From a virus: 64,000 bases of DNA. Position 1 is the stretch's first letter, and the number at the start of each line of letters is the position of its first letter. The notes under the pieces are model-generated. The model had not been told where the DNA came from. It saw only the letters and a program-made list of their open reading frames with translations, and made no database searches. The DNA lies in IMG/VR virus record IMGVR_UViG_3300031251_000017, positions 2,336-66,335 of that record; one strand, 5' to 3'. The position numbers were made by a program, and so were the translations under genes. Positions 10,038-19,384 of the stretch are shown here, one piece after another.

Positions 10038-10683
10038 GCCGTTCCTTCGAGTCAACGTCAATGAGGCTCAGGTCGCCGAGCTTTCGACGCTATTCGAGAA
10101 GAACGAACGCGCGGCCGCACTTGCCGCGACAGAGACGATTAAGACGACGACCGCTAACGTCTTGCTTCGCGGTCGTCTCAATATCCAATCGAGCGGCAAG
10201 TTCACCGGGCCTTGGCTAAAGGGCCTACAGTCCCGTCAATATCCGAAGGGCAAGAACAGCACGAACGCGCGATCGTTCATCAATCACAAGTTCGGCGGTC
10301 TTGCTTCGGTCTTCGAGTTCGGCGCTTCGATCCGACCGAAGCGCGGGAAGTATTTATGGATTCTTGCGCCCGGCGCTCCGAAGCGAATGACGATCGGCGC
10401 CGACTTCGGCAAGGGGTGGATCAATCAAGTCCGAGGGCGCACTTCCGCGAAAATGTTCGCTCGCGCTGCCGGCGAAAAGCTCGCTTACAAGCTCTCGGCG
10501 GAAGGTTTCCCGATGCTTGGCCTCTCGATCAAGAGCGGCAAGCGGTCCCGGTTCAAGCCTTATGTTATCGGAATCCCGTTCGCGAATATCCACAAACGCT
10601 GGTCGATCATACCGATCGCGGAAGCCGAGGGCGACAAGATGGTTTCGCGATTCCTGTCAATCTTCGATAAGGCGGCAGACTAA
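10030..10683 (+). CDS. Putative neck/tail component (HK97 gp10-like, basic)
   Basis: Basic protein with VFEFGASIRPKRGKYLWI motif, immediately before TMP. Confidence 0.55.
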   Translation: MGEPFLRVNVNEAQVAELSTLFEKNERAAALAATETIKTTTANVLLRGRLNIQSSGKFTGPWLKGLQSRQYPKGKNSTNARSFINHKFGGLASVFEFGASIRPKRGKYLWILAPGAPKRMTIGADFGKGWINQVRGRTSAKMFARAAGEKLAYKLSAEGFPMLGLSIKSGKRSRFKPYVIGIPFANIHKRWSIIPIAEAEGDKMVSRFLSIFDKAAD

Positions 10684-12836
10684 TGGCTGACGGGAGGAAG
10701 ATTGCGATCGAGCTTCTCTTTTCGTCGAAGGGCGCGAAGGAAGCTGCTGGATATAATCGGGAGGTCACGAAGTCCGTCGAGGACATGACGAAGAAGCTCA
10801 AGAGCGCCGATTTCTCGTCGCTCGACACGGCTCTTTCGAAGTTCAATCGCGGCAGCTATTCGATCTCCGACGCGCCGATGAAGAAGCTCGGCGAGGCGAC
10901 GAAGCTGACGCGCATGGAAGCTCTGACGCTTCAATACACGTTCAACGATGTGACCGCCTCGCTCGCTTCCGGCATTTCGCCGATGACGATCCTCCTGCAA
11001 CAGGGAGGACAGGTCACGCAGGCGTTCGGAGGTCTCAAGGGAACGATCACGACGCTTACGCCCCTTCTCCTTCGGTGGGCGCCCGCTATCGCCGCCGCCG
11101 CAGTAGCAGGCGGCGCACTATTCGCTGTCTTGAAGGCCCCGGCGATCGGCGCGGAAGCGGCGAAGAAGATCACCGACATTGGCGACGCCGCCGACAAGGC
11201 GGGAGTCCCTCTTAATCGTCTCCAGACGATCATGAAGGAGCTTGTCGCGGAAGGTAACACGCCGGCCGACGCCGCGAAGGACGAAGCCGTAAAGGCGATT
11301 GATACGCTACGCAGTCTCATTGCCGAGTCGAAGAAGTCGCAGAAGGACTCGCAGAAGGGTAAGAAGGAATTCGCGAAGCGCCTGTCGGTTCCCGGAGAGG
11401 GCGAAAACCCCTTCGATAAAGCCGATGGGATGAATGACGGTCACAAGTATAAGACCGTCAGGGCGCCGCAGACCGATAAGACCGGCGCGCGCCATGTCGA
11501 CAAGGGCGGGCGAGAGGGCACGGACAATGCTCCCGGCCTCGGCAAGATCGAGGAAAACGTCCTCGACATTCCGAAGAAGGGCGCGAAGAAGGAAGCGCCG
11601 AACAAGCCGATCGACGACGCCGCGACGCATATCGGGAAGGACTTCCCCGGCGCGACCGATGTCGCGTCGAAGCTCAAAGTCGATACGCGCGACCTCGATC
11701 CGAACAAGCTCGAAGATAAGGTAAAAATCCTAGAGCGGCTCGCGACCGCATATAAGGCTCTACCGGACGGCTCAAAGAAGCTGGAGGTGAAGGTCGATCT
11801 CGATAAGGAACTCGGGAAGACGCTCGCCGATATTGTGACTAAGAACCTCGTCGATCAATTCAAGGCGGCGGCGCTCGGCCCGATCAATCCGAAGGAGACG
11901 ATCTCGCCGGAAGGCGCGGCCAAGTCGAAAGCGATCACCACTCAAGAGGAACAGAACAAACTTCGCGAGTCCGATCTCGAATTGAAAAACAAGGAGCCGC
12001 TGCTCAACACGGCGCAGCAGGCCGGACTCGATAAAAACAAGGAACTCGACAAGAGCGCCCAAGGAGGCGACTTCACGACGCAGTTCTTCAAGGCCCTTGG
12101 CGCCCTAACCGATACGATCGACAAGATCAGGACGGGAGACAAGCAAGCCGTCGCCGATCACCCGATCGTCGCGGACGCCTTCAAGGCTGGTCGCGCGATG
12201 GTTGGCGTCGCGGATAATGCCGGCGACGCTGCCGGCGCGGCTCTTGCCGCTGCGGCGACCGACAAGACGGCGAAGAACGCCGAAGCGGCGCGAGACGGCC
12301 TCGCGGCGGGCGAAGCCATCGCGAAAGCTCTCGCCGAGGACTCGGAGAGGGCGGCGAACGCTCTTGAGCGAGCGGCGGCGGCTTCAAAGGAAATCAAGCC
12401 CCCCGGAAATGGAAACGACGCGATCGACCCTTCGGGGGGAAGCGGGAATTCCGGCTTCGCCGATGGCGGCTTCGTCTCGGGACCGGGAACCACGACGAGC
12501 GACTCGATCCCGGCGATGCTGTCAAACAGCGAATTCGTGGTTAAGGCGGCGTCGGTTCAGAAGCCGGGAGTCCTCGGTCTCCTTCATGCGATCAACGGCG
12601 GCGCGAGTGTTCCTTCGCTGTTCGGTCGTCGGCGCGGCTACGCGGACGGCGGCATCGTCGGGTCGGTTCCCGATATTGGAGGCGCCGGAGGCGGTGGGAC
12701 TCCTATTCACGTTCACTTCGACGGCGTTTCGATCGGGCCGATGTCGGCCTCGAAGGGCGTCGTCGACCAGCTACTTCGAGAAGAAGCGAAGCGCCGCGTG
12801 TCGAGCGCCGGCAAAGCGCCGAGTCGGGTGGGATAA
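10683..12836 (+). CDS. Tail tape measure protein
   Basis: Lambda-type N-terminal motif FNDVTASLASGISPMTILLQQGGQV; C-terminal FADGGFVSGPGTTTSDSIPAMLSNSEFVV; Ala-rich. Confidence 0.9.
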   Translation: MADGRKIAIELLFSSKGAKEAAGYNREVTKSVEDMTKKLKSADFSSLDTALSKFNRGSYSISDAPMKKLGEATKLTRMEALTLQYTFNDVTASLASGISPMTILLQQGGQVTQAFGGLKGTITTLTPLLLRWAPAIAAAAVAGGALFAVLKAPAIGAEAAKKITDIGDAADKAGVPLNRLQTIMKELVAEGNTPADAAKDEAVKAIDTLRSLIAESKKSQKDSQKGKKEFAKRLSVPGEGENPFDKADGMNDGHKYKTVRAPQTDKTGARHVDKGGREGTDNAPGLGKIEENVLDIPKKGAKKEAPNKPIDDAATHIGKDFPGATDVASKLKVDTRDLDPNKLEDKVKILERLATAYKALPDGSKKLEVKVDLDKELGKTLADIVTKNLVDQFKAAALGPINPKETISPEGAAKSKAITTQEEQNKLRESDLELKNKEPLLNTAQQAGLDKNKELDKSAQGGDFTTQFFKALGALTDTIDKIRTGDKQAVADHPIVADAFKAGRAMVGVADNAGDAAGAALAAAATDKTAKNAEAARDGLAAGEAIAKALAEDSERAANALERAAAASKEIKPPGNGNDAIDPSGGSGNSGFADGGFVSGPGTTTSDSIPAMLSNSEFVVKAASVQKPGVLGLLHAINGGASVPSLFGRRRGYADGGIVGSVPDIGGAGGGGTPIHVHFDGVSIGPMSASKGVVDQLLREEAKRRVSSAGKAPSRVG

Positions 12837-12839
12837 GAG

Positions 12840-13256
12840 ATGGCCGGGAAAGTCACAGACCTTATCTTCTCGGGCCTCGGCTTCCCGACCTTTTGCGCGC
12901 GTGGCGTCGAGGTCGAAGTGACGCCGATCCCGGCCTCAAAACAGTTCCGCCGCGATGTGAACGGAACGCTGCGCGATGTCTCCGATCCGGTCTTCCGCAA
13001 ATATCAAGTGAAGGTGAACTTCCGAGATCAGCAGTTCCCCGACTTAGGGGGCGTTTGGCCGGGGAAGCAAGTCACCGTTACGACTCCGATCGTTTGGGGA
13101 TCGAGCGCGACCGGCGCGACCGGCGCGACCGCTTCGACCGGATATGGCTATACAGGCCTCGCGGTTCAAATAACCGGGAGGATTACCGACTTCTCGGCTT
13201 CCCGCGACGAGTGGGCGGCGGATAATTCCGGCTTCATCGTCATCGAGGAACAGTAA
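12840..13256 (+). CDS. Putative distal tail protein
   Basis: First gene after TMP; RRDVNGTLRDVS..FRKY motif. Confidence 0.65.
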   Translation: MAGKVTDLIFSGLGFPTFCARGVEVEVTPIPASKQFRRDVNGTLRDVSDPVFRKYQVKVNFRDQQFPDLGGVWPGKQVTVTTPIVWGSSATGATGATASTGYGYTGLAVQITGRITDFSASRDEWAADNSGFIVIEEQ

Positions 13257-15761
13257 ATGAGCGGTCCCGGTCCCGGCTCGGGCGGTCCGATCTATTTCGC
13301 GTGGGTCGACAAGACCGAGACGACCTTCTCGTCGGCGACGCATTGTCGCCTCGACGAGCCGGTGTGGTCTTACCGATTCACCCACGACGAGGGACAGATT
13401 CCGACGATCGAGATCGAGATCACGAACCCTTGCTTCGGGACGCCATATGTCGGCCTGCTCGCCGCGAGCCGGAAACAATGGGCGTGGGTTTCGGTTTGGG
13501 ATTATGACTCATCGTCGGTGAAGGCCCTGATCTTCGGCCGGATCGTCGGCATCCCTTCCGACCTATCGTCGAAGTTCATCAAGTTCCTGTTGATCGCGCG
13601 AGCCGACGACTACATCGTGCGCAAGCAAACGCTCGCCGACTCGTTGAAGGTCGCGCCGTATTATGACCCGATCTTCTTCGACGATCGCGCTCGGAACGAT
13701 CCAGATGCGATCCTCGAAGGGTATTCGGCCTCTTACCATGTCGACCGCACGACGCTCGCGTGGACGATCTCCGACATCCTCGAAGCCGAGGACGGGAACG
13801 TGCCGATCGGGCAGGATGAAATCTTCTCGGAGCTTTCCTTCAACGTAAAGGGACCGCCGCTGCGCGCGGTCCGAGCCGAGGCAACCGTTCAATGGTCGCA
13901 GAACTTTCGCGGCGTCGTTATTCCGGTGATGAACGGCGTCGTCGAAACACTAACCGGCGGCGATCTAATATCGGGATGGCCGAAGCCGGGAGATGATCTC
14001 GGCGGCGGATGGAAAGCCGCTTATGGGACCGCCGCTGTTGATCTAAAAGGCACGATGCACGCCGAGGCCCATCAAGAGTCCGGCTCTTTCCATGATACGA
14101 ACACGACACACCAAGAAGGCGACGTTATTTCCGCGTCGTGGAATTCCTCGACGCCGCCTAATGGGATCACAGTCGATTACAAGACCGATAGCAACTATGC
14201 GAATATCGGATCACTCGGAGGCGACACAGGTAAGGGTTTCGGAAGTAGCGGCGCGGGTTCCTCGGGAGACGATACTTCGTTCGGCGTTTCTGCGTCTTGG
14301 CAGTCGATACAGGTCTGGAAGGTCGCCACGACCCTCTACATTATGCCTGACGGCGCTCCGAACCCCTTCACCGAGCTTTTGACGCTTACGCTCGAAGCTG
14401 ACGTTCAGCCGGTCTTGACCGACGCCACTTCCGGCGCCGACACCGAAGTGATCACGCTCAACTCGATCGACGTTGGCGAAGCTTATGTCGACATTCGAGC
14501 GTGGTCGTCGCTCAAGGCGGCTGGCGGGTCGATCTCGATCGGCCAAGTCATGCAGCCGAACATTCCGGTCGGCCCCGGTGGAATGTCTCCACAGGTCGCC
14601 CTCAATAGCGGATCGATGGGGTCGAGCGCCCCGGCCTTCTCGGACATTGCCGGTGAGACGACGAGCGACAACAGCGTGGTTTGGGCTTCGCTCGGATCGA
14701 GCGCGACGACGATCGGCGATTGGACTGGCTCGACGTTCGTCCGCAAGGGAACGATCATCTGCTATGAGACGGGTGGTGGCTATTTCTTCCTATGCACTAC
14801 GGACGGCTACACCGCGACGAAATCGCCCTTCTACCTTTACGATGCGTTTAGCAACCCGATCCTAGACTTTTACGGGAATCAGGTTCGCAATCCGAACATA
14901 GCGACTCCGGGAACCACGTTCGGCGACAACGGCGTAACGTGGACCGCGCTCGGAGCGGGAGGCCCTTCTCTTATCGTTCCGATCGGAGGACAGCCGGGGA
15001 ATATCCAGCAGGCCGACTTCTATTCGGGAGCGCGCGGCACGAACGCGATCGAGTTCATCATCAATAAGTGCGTCGCGAGGATGAAGGACCGCTGTCGCGC
15101 GGTCGAGATCGGTTGCGAGATTCCATTCTCGCTCGCGCTCGATCTATCGCTTCGCAAGTCCGCGACGATCACGCACAAATATCTTCCGGGTGGCGTTGCG
15201 ACCGGGAAGATCATCTCCTATTCGATCGCTGGAGATGGGGAAGGCAGGAAAAGCGCGACGATCAAGATCGGCTGCGCGGTCGGACGGGGCGGATCGGTCA
15301 GCGCCAGCGCCGGAACGGACGATTGGTCGGATGCGATCGCACATGAAGCGCAGACGCAAACCGGCGGAACGGTTTCGCTCGGCCCTGTAACCTATACGCC
15401 GCCGCCTCCGAATATGACCTATAATGGCCTCCAGCCCCCGTTGACTCGCGATCAGGTCGTTATTTTCGCGTCGTGGTTGGGTTCGCTTAGTTCACAAACG
15501 CACGCGGCTCTATTGGCTTATTCCTCGCAGGGCTACGTTCCCTACACTGTCGGATGGGCGTCGAACGTCTTCAACGTCGCGGCGCGCGCGCAAGCGGCGC
15601 GCTTCGCGGCGATGTCTGATCTCTCTCGCCTTGAAAATTCGGTCTACTTCGAGTGCCATCTCCGACCTATATCGGGGAACGAAGTCACAACCCCATACTA
15701 TGTCGAGGTCTCCGACCTCAAGATTCCGAAGCAGATTGACCTAGAAGCGGAGCCGCTATGA
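13257..15761 (+). CDS. Tail tip/baseplate hub protein
   Basis: 834 aa after the distal tail gene; internal ...DNSVVW/DNGVTW modules; ATGKIISYSI...IKIGCAVG hub-like C-terminal part. Confidence 0.7.
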   Translation: MSGPGPGSGGPIYFAWVDKTETTFSSATHCRLDEPVWSYRFTHDEGQIPTIEIEITNPCFGTPYVGLLAASRKQWAWVSVWDYDSSSVKALIFGRIVGIPSDLSSKFIKFLLIARADDYIVRKQTLADSLKVAPYYDPIFFDDRARNDPDAILEGYSASYHVDRTTLAWTISDILEAEDGNVPIGQDEIFSELSFNVKGPPLRAVRAEATVQWSQNFRGVVIPVMNGVVETLTGGDLISGWPKPGDDLGGGWKAAYGTAAVDLKGTMHAEAHQESGSFHDTNTTHQEGDVISASWNSSTPPNGITVDYKTDSNYANIGSLGGDTGKGFGSSGAGSSGDDTSFGVSASWQSIQVWKVATTLYIMPDGAPNPFTELLTLTLEADVQPVLTDATSGADTEVITLNSIDVGEAYVDIRAWSSLKAAGGSISIGQVMQPNIPVGPGGMSPQVALNSGSMGSSAPAFSDIAGETTSDNSVVWASLGSSATTIGDWTGSTFVRKGTIICYETGGGYFFLCTTDGYTATKSPFYLYDAFSNPILDFYGNQVRNPNIATPGTTFGDNGVTWTALGAGGPSLIVPIGGQPGNIQQADFYSGARGTNAIEFIINKCVARMKDRCRAVEIGCEIPFSLALDLSLRKSATITHKYLPGGVATGKIISYSIAGDGEGRKSATIKIGCAVGRGGSVSASAGTDDWSDAIAHEAQTQTGGTVSLGPVTYTPPPPNMTYNGLQPPLTRDQVVIFASWLGSLSSQTHAALLAYSSQGYVPYTVGWASNVFNVAARAQAARFAAMSDLSRLENSVYFECHLRPISGNEVTTPYYVEVSDLKIPKQIDLEAEPL

Positions 15762-15997
15762 GCCTCGAAAGGATCGTTCGCCCGGCGCTACCGAACGACA
15801 TATCGCCGCCGAAGCAGCAGAGCCGTAATCGAACAGCGCAAAACTGGAACGCCGTCATTCTTCGGTATGGTGTCGGTGGTTCGATCAAGGCGATCTCGGG
15901 AAGCTATTCGATGAACGGGAGCCTCTACAACATCAAGAAGCCGAAGGAAGATAAATCCGGCGGCGGCGGTTCGTTCCTCGGGATCACGTTCCCCTAA
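15758..15997 (+). CDS. Small tail-region protein
   Basis: ATGA overlap; MSLERIVRP N-terminus. Confidence 0.6.
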   Translation: MSLERIVRPALPNDISPPKQQSRNRTAQNWNAVILRYGVGGSIKAISGSYSMNGSLYNIKKPKEDKSGGGGSFLGITFP

Positions 15998-17997
15998 TGT
16001 CGACCGAAGTGTCTCGCGAAACATCTGTTCGGCGGATCACCGCGCCGGATAACGACGCGACCTATGTCGACCTCAAGGTTAACGACAAGATTCGCTTCAT
16101 CGACCCGAAGCAGAATTATCAAGAGTGGGAGCTTTCCTTCTCGAATAACGACAACGCCGACCGAAGGGTTCATGTCGTCGAGGTCGGAGACGACAAGCTG
16201 AAAGTCGAGAGGATCGACTGGCTACAAACAATCCATTCCGATAGCGGGCACTTTCAAGAGTGGCAGTCGTCTTACGAGAACTCGGACGATCCGCCGGTCC
16301 ACTTTCAAACCCACAAGCGAAAAATCTACTCGCTTAATGACGATAAGACGAAGAACGAGTCGATTTGGATCGAGGTTCAAAGGATAGACGCGATTTGGTT
16401 CAAAGACGTGCGCGGTCAAGAGCGCGTGTGGTATCTCGACTGGCCCGATCTTCAAGACGATGAATGGGATTACAAAGACCTGTCGCAACCCGATAAGAGG
16501 TGGGACGGGACTGAGATAAATCCTCCGTGGCGTCTCGATCCATTCCAGACGATTGTCGATTGTTCCTTCGGCGCGCTATCGATGATGGTCCTCTATGGGC
16601 GGGATCAGATCGCCGCGATCCCGATGGCAAGCCTTACGAAGCCGAAGCCATCGTTCAAAACCCGATCGAAGGTAGTCTTCGACCCGCCGCAGCATTGGTT
16701 CCCTTCTATCGGGCCGGGCTATTTTCAAGTCGCGCAAATCAAGACGGCGAAGAACATTCATGCAATGTCAACGCAGATTGATTTTAGCGGCCAGTCCGCT
16801 CAACCCGCTTCGGATTGGTTCAAACAATACGTTTATAATACCGCTGTTTCACTTTTCTCTAATGCGAAGGCTTGCACGCCGCTCACAAGAACCGGCGTGA
16901 CTCTTGATTGGGAACAAGCCGAAATAAGTCTGCATATGGAATTCGGAAATCACTTAGCGACCATCTCGGCCGCAGAGGGATTTGGATATTTGAGGTATAG
17001 CGACGGCGACATTGGCTATGGTGACGGTTCAACGTCATCATGGGACGGGTTCGGTTATGGGGTTTTTTGGAAAAGGGAGCATAGGACCGGCACTAACTTT
17101 CCGACTCCTTGGTCCGCTTGGGAATATGGATTTGGGCCTTATACCGATGCCCCTTGGTGGGTCTATACCGGCCCCGTCATAAACGCCTCGGCGGATGGAA
17201 AAATATATAATGAGCGCGGCGATGTTTTCGCAACCGACAAAAACGGAGTGCGCCTTGTAACGGCGGGAGACACGACAAGCAGGTTGCCGGTTTATCGTCT
17301 TACTCCAGACGCGGCTGAGCAGGTTGGTGAAATCCCCATGAAGCCGGCTGCGGACCCGATTACCTATGCGCCATTGGATGGCGCGTGGACAACTTATTTG
17401 CTGGCCTCAACTGTAGATGTAAACGGGAAGATTTCGGATGGCTGGAATAACTATGACCCATATTTCGGAACCGGAGATGTTCGGCGCGCCGTTCTAAAGC
17501 AAAACAATAAATTGGATGTTTTCAAGTCGGAGGTTAAGTCCATCACCGGAACCGACTTCGGTCTAGGAGTCGACACGCCCCCCGTTCGCATATTCAATTT
17601 TCCTTACAATATCAGCGACGACATATCGAAGACATGGGCATTTGCTGATGACGGGACCGATACAAACGAGTTCGGTCAAACCGAGTGGACTCTGGTTCAA
17701 GGGAGTCAAGCGTCCTTTCCACTAAAGGGCGGTCATATCCTTACGCCTTACGGGAAGTTCGATGCGCCCGCCGGGAATTTCGCTTTTCAAGGATGGCTGT
17801 CTTTACATAATGGCGAGCATAATCTTCAAGCATTCATCCTGAGAAGTTCGCCATCGACGTTCAAGCGATACATCTATCTCGACGGGAAGGACTACGGCGC
17901 GAAGCTCGCCGCCGCGCTCGGATGCTCGATTGACGAAATCCGCGCCATCTATTTCGACATAAAATCGAGCGACATCCAAAAGCTCGGGACGCGATAA
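15997..17997 (+). CDS. Putative tail/receptor-binding protein
   Basis: TAATG coupling; aromatic-rich; the 3' two-thirds is visibly more AT-rich. Confidence 0.6.
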   Translation: MSTEVSRETSVRRITAPDNDATYVDLKVNDKIRFIDPKQNYQEWELSFSNNDNADRRVHVVEVGDDKLKVERIDWLQTIHSDSGHFQEWQSSYENSDDPPVHFQTHKRKIYSLNDDKTKNESIWIEVQRIDAIWFKDVRGQERVWYLDWPDLQDDEWDYKDLSQPDKRWDGTEINPPWRLDPFQTIVDCSFGALSMMVLYGRDQIAAIPMASLTKPKPSFKTRSKVVFDPPQHWFPSIGPGYFQVAQIKTAKNIHAMSTQIDFSGQSAQPASDWFKQYVYNTAVSLFSNAKACTPLTRTGVTLDWEQAEISLHMEFGNHLATISAAEGFGYLRYSDGDIGYGDGSTSSWDGFGYGVFWKREHRTGTNFPTPWSAWEYGFGPYTDAPWWVYTGPVINASADGKIYNERGDVFATDKNGVRLVTAGDTTSRLPVYRLTPDAAEQVGEIPMKPAADPITYAPLDGAWTTYLLASTVDVNGKISDGWNNYDPYFGTGDVRRAVLKQNNKLDVFKSEVKSITGTDFGLGVDTPPVRIFNFPYNISDDISKTWAFADDGTDTNEFGQTEWTLVQGSQASFPLKGGHILTPYGKFDAPAGNFAFQGWLSLHNGEHNLQAFILRSSPSTFKRYIYLDGKDYGAKLAAALGCSIDEIRAIYFDIKSSDIQKLGTR

Positions 17998-18009
17998 GAA
18001 GGGCAAGCG

Positions 18010-19278
18010 ATGACAATTCTCTTTGTCGGGAGCGACGGGGCGAAGTGGGGTTCCGGCCTCGGCCGGCGCCTGACTGTCACCGAACACGACAATAACAACT
18101 GGCAATTTCTCGAACGCCTTGTCGCGCTTGAAGGCGCGACGGCTTACGCGGGGATAACCGGGTTCTCAATCACCGGCACGACCGGCGCGCCCGGCTCTAA
18201 GTTCAACGTGGATATGTCTGACGGTTCTCACTTCGGCCCGTTCGATCTCCCGGTCGCGAAGTTCAAATCGCGCGGAGCCTATGCCGGCGGCGCTTCATTT
18301 GCGGTCAACGATGTATTCACGATCAACGGGTCGCTCTATCTCGTCAACGTCCCGCACGTTTCTCCGACAGGGTTCAATCCATCTCTAAACGATGGCGCGG
18401 GCCACGACTATTATTCGGAACTCATCCCTACGCCGACCGGATCGCTCCCGACAGGTGGATCGACCGGCTACAATCTGCGCAAGCTCTCGTCGAGCAATTT
18501 TGACGTTGGATGGGCGCCGCCGCTCCCGGTCGGAGGTGCGACCGGGCAATATCTGGCGAAGAACTCAAGCACCTATTTCGACGCCGGCTGGATCACCCCG
18601 CCGAAGCATTCCCCGCCAACCGGACCCGCCGGCTATGTCCTCGGCCTTCTATCGACCGGGATCGACGACTTCGATTGGATTCCGCCTGTCCCTCTTGGCG
18701 GTGGGACGGGCTTCGCGCTCATCAAAAACTCCGACGCTGATCTCGATTATTCGTGGGCGCTAGCTGTTCCCGCTGGCGGCGCGACAGGCTATGTGCTGAC
18801 GAAGAATTCCGGCGCTGATTTCGACTACGCGTGGGCGGCGCTTCCAACTGGCGGCGGATCGGCGACCGGGACAGTTCCTTCTGGCGGCGTGACAGGCGCT
18901 TATCTTCGTAAGTCCGATTCAGCCGATTATGCGATGGTGTGGTCAACGGACGGCGAACCGGCCCGTATCGAATCTATGTATGCGACAGGCGTTTGGATCG
19001 AGCCGCAAGATCGGGCGAAGATCATCCAATATGTCGCTGGCGATCTCACTCTCAACTTCACCGGGCCGACCGGATTCAAGGGGAACTTCGAGATTCTTTT
19101 CGCGGCTGTCGACACAACTCCCTTCAATATCCTGATGGGGACAGGCTACAAGCATTGCGGCACGGGCTTCGACACCGGGACCGTCTTCGGCGCTACCTTC
19201 ATCAGTCAATTCGCTGGCGATGGCGTCTATATCTATGAGATCAACCGATACGGCCCGATCGTCGTCTTGAGCGGCTAA
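18010..19278 (+). CDS. Tail fibre-like protein with repeated P.GG.TG..L.K.S..D.D..W units
   Basis: About 6 copies of the repeat, plus a CBM5/12-like segment (AYAGGASFAVNDVFTINGSLY). Confidence 0.75.
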   Translation: MTILFVGSDGAKWGSGLGRRLTVTEHDNNNWQFLERLVALEGATAYAGITGFSITGTTGAPGSKFNVDMSDGSHFGPFDLPVAKFKSRGAYAGGASFAVNDVFTINGSLYLVNVPHVSPTGFNPSLNDGAGHDYYSELIPTPTGSLPTGGSTGYNLRKLSSSNFDVGWAPPLPVGGATGQYLAKNSSTYFDAGWITPPKHSPPTGPAGYVLGLLSTGIDDFDWIPPVPLGGGTGFALIKNSDADLDYSWALAVPAGGATGYVLTKNSGADFDYAWAALPTGGGSATGTVPSGGVTGAYLRKSDSADYAMVWSTDGEPARIESMYATGVWIEPQDRAKIIQYVAGDLTLNFTGPTGFKGNFEILFAAVDTTPFNILMGTGYKHCGTGFDTGTVFGATFISQFAGDGVYIYEINRYGPIVVLSG

Positions 19279-19304
19279 TCTCCTTTCATATCTCTGATCT
19301 TTCA

Positions 19305-19339
19305 GCCCCGCGCGGCTTTGCTGCGCGGGGTTTTCGTTT
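19305..19339 (+). terminator. Intrinsic terminator
   Basis: gccccgcgcggc-ttt-gctgcgcggggt followed by TTTCGTTT. Confidence 0.7.
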
Positions 19340-19384
19340 GTGGCCGGGGGTGCCGGGGGGCGCAACCAGCAAAAGAGAGTGCCA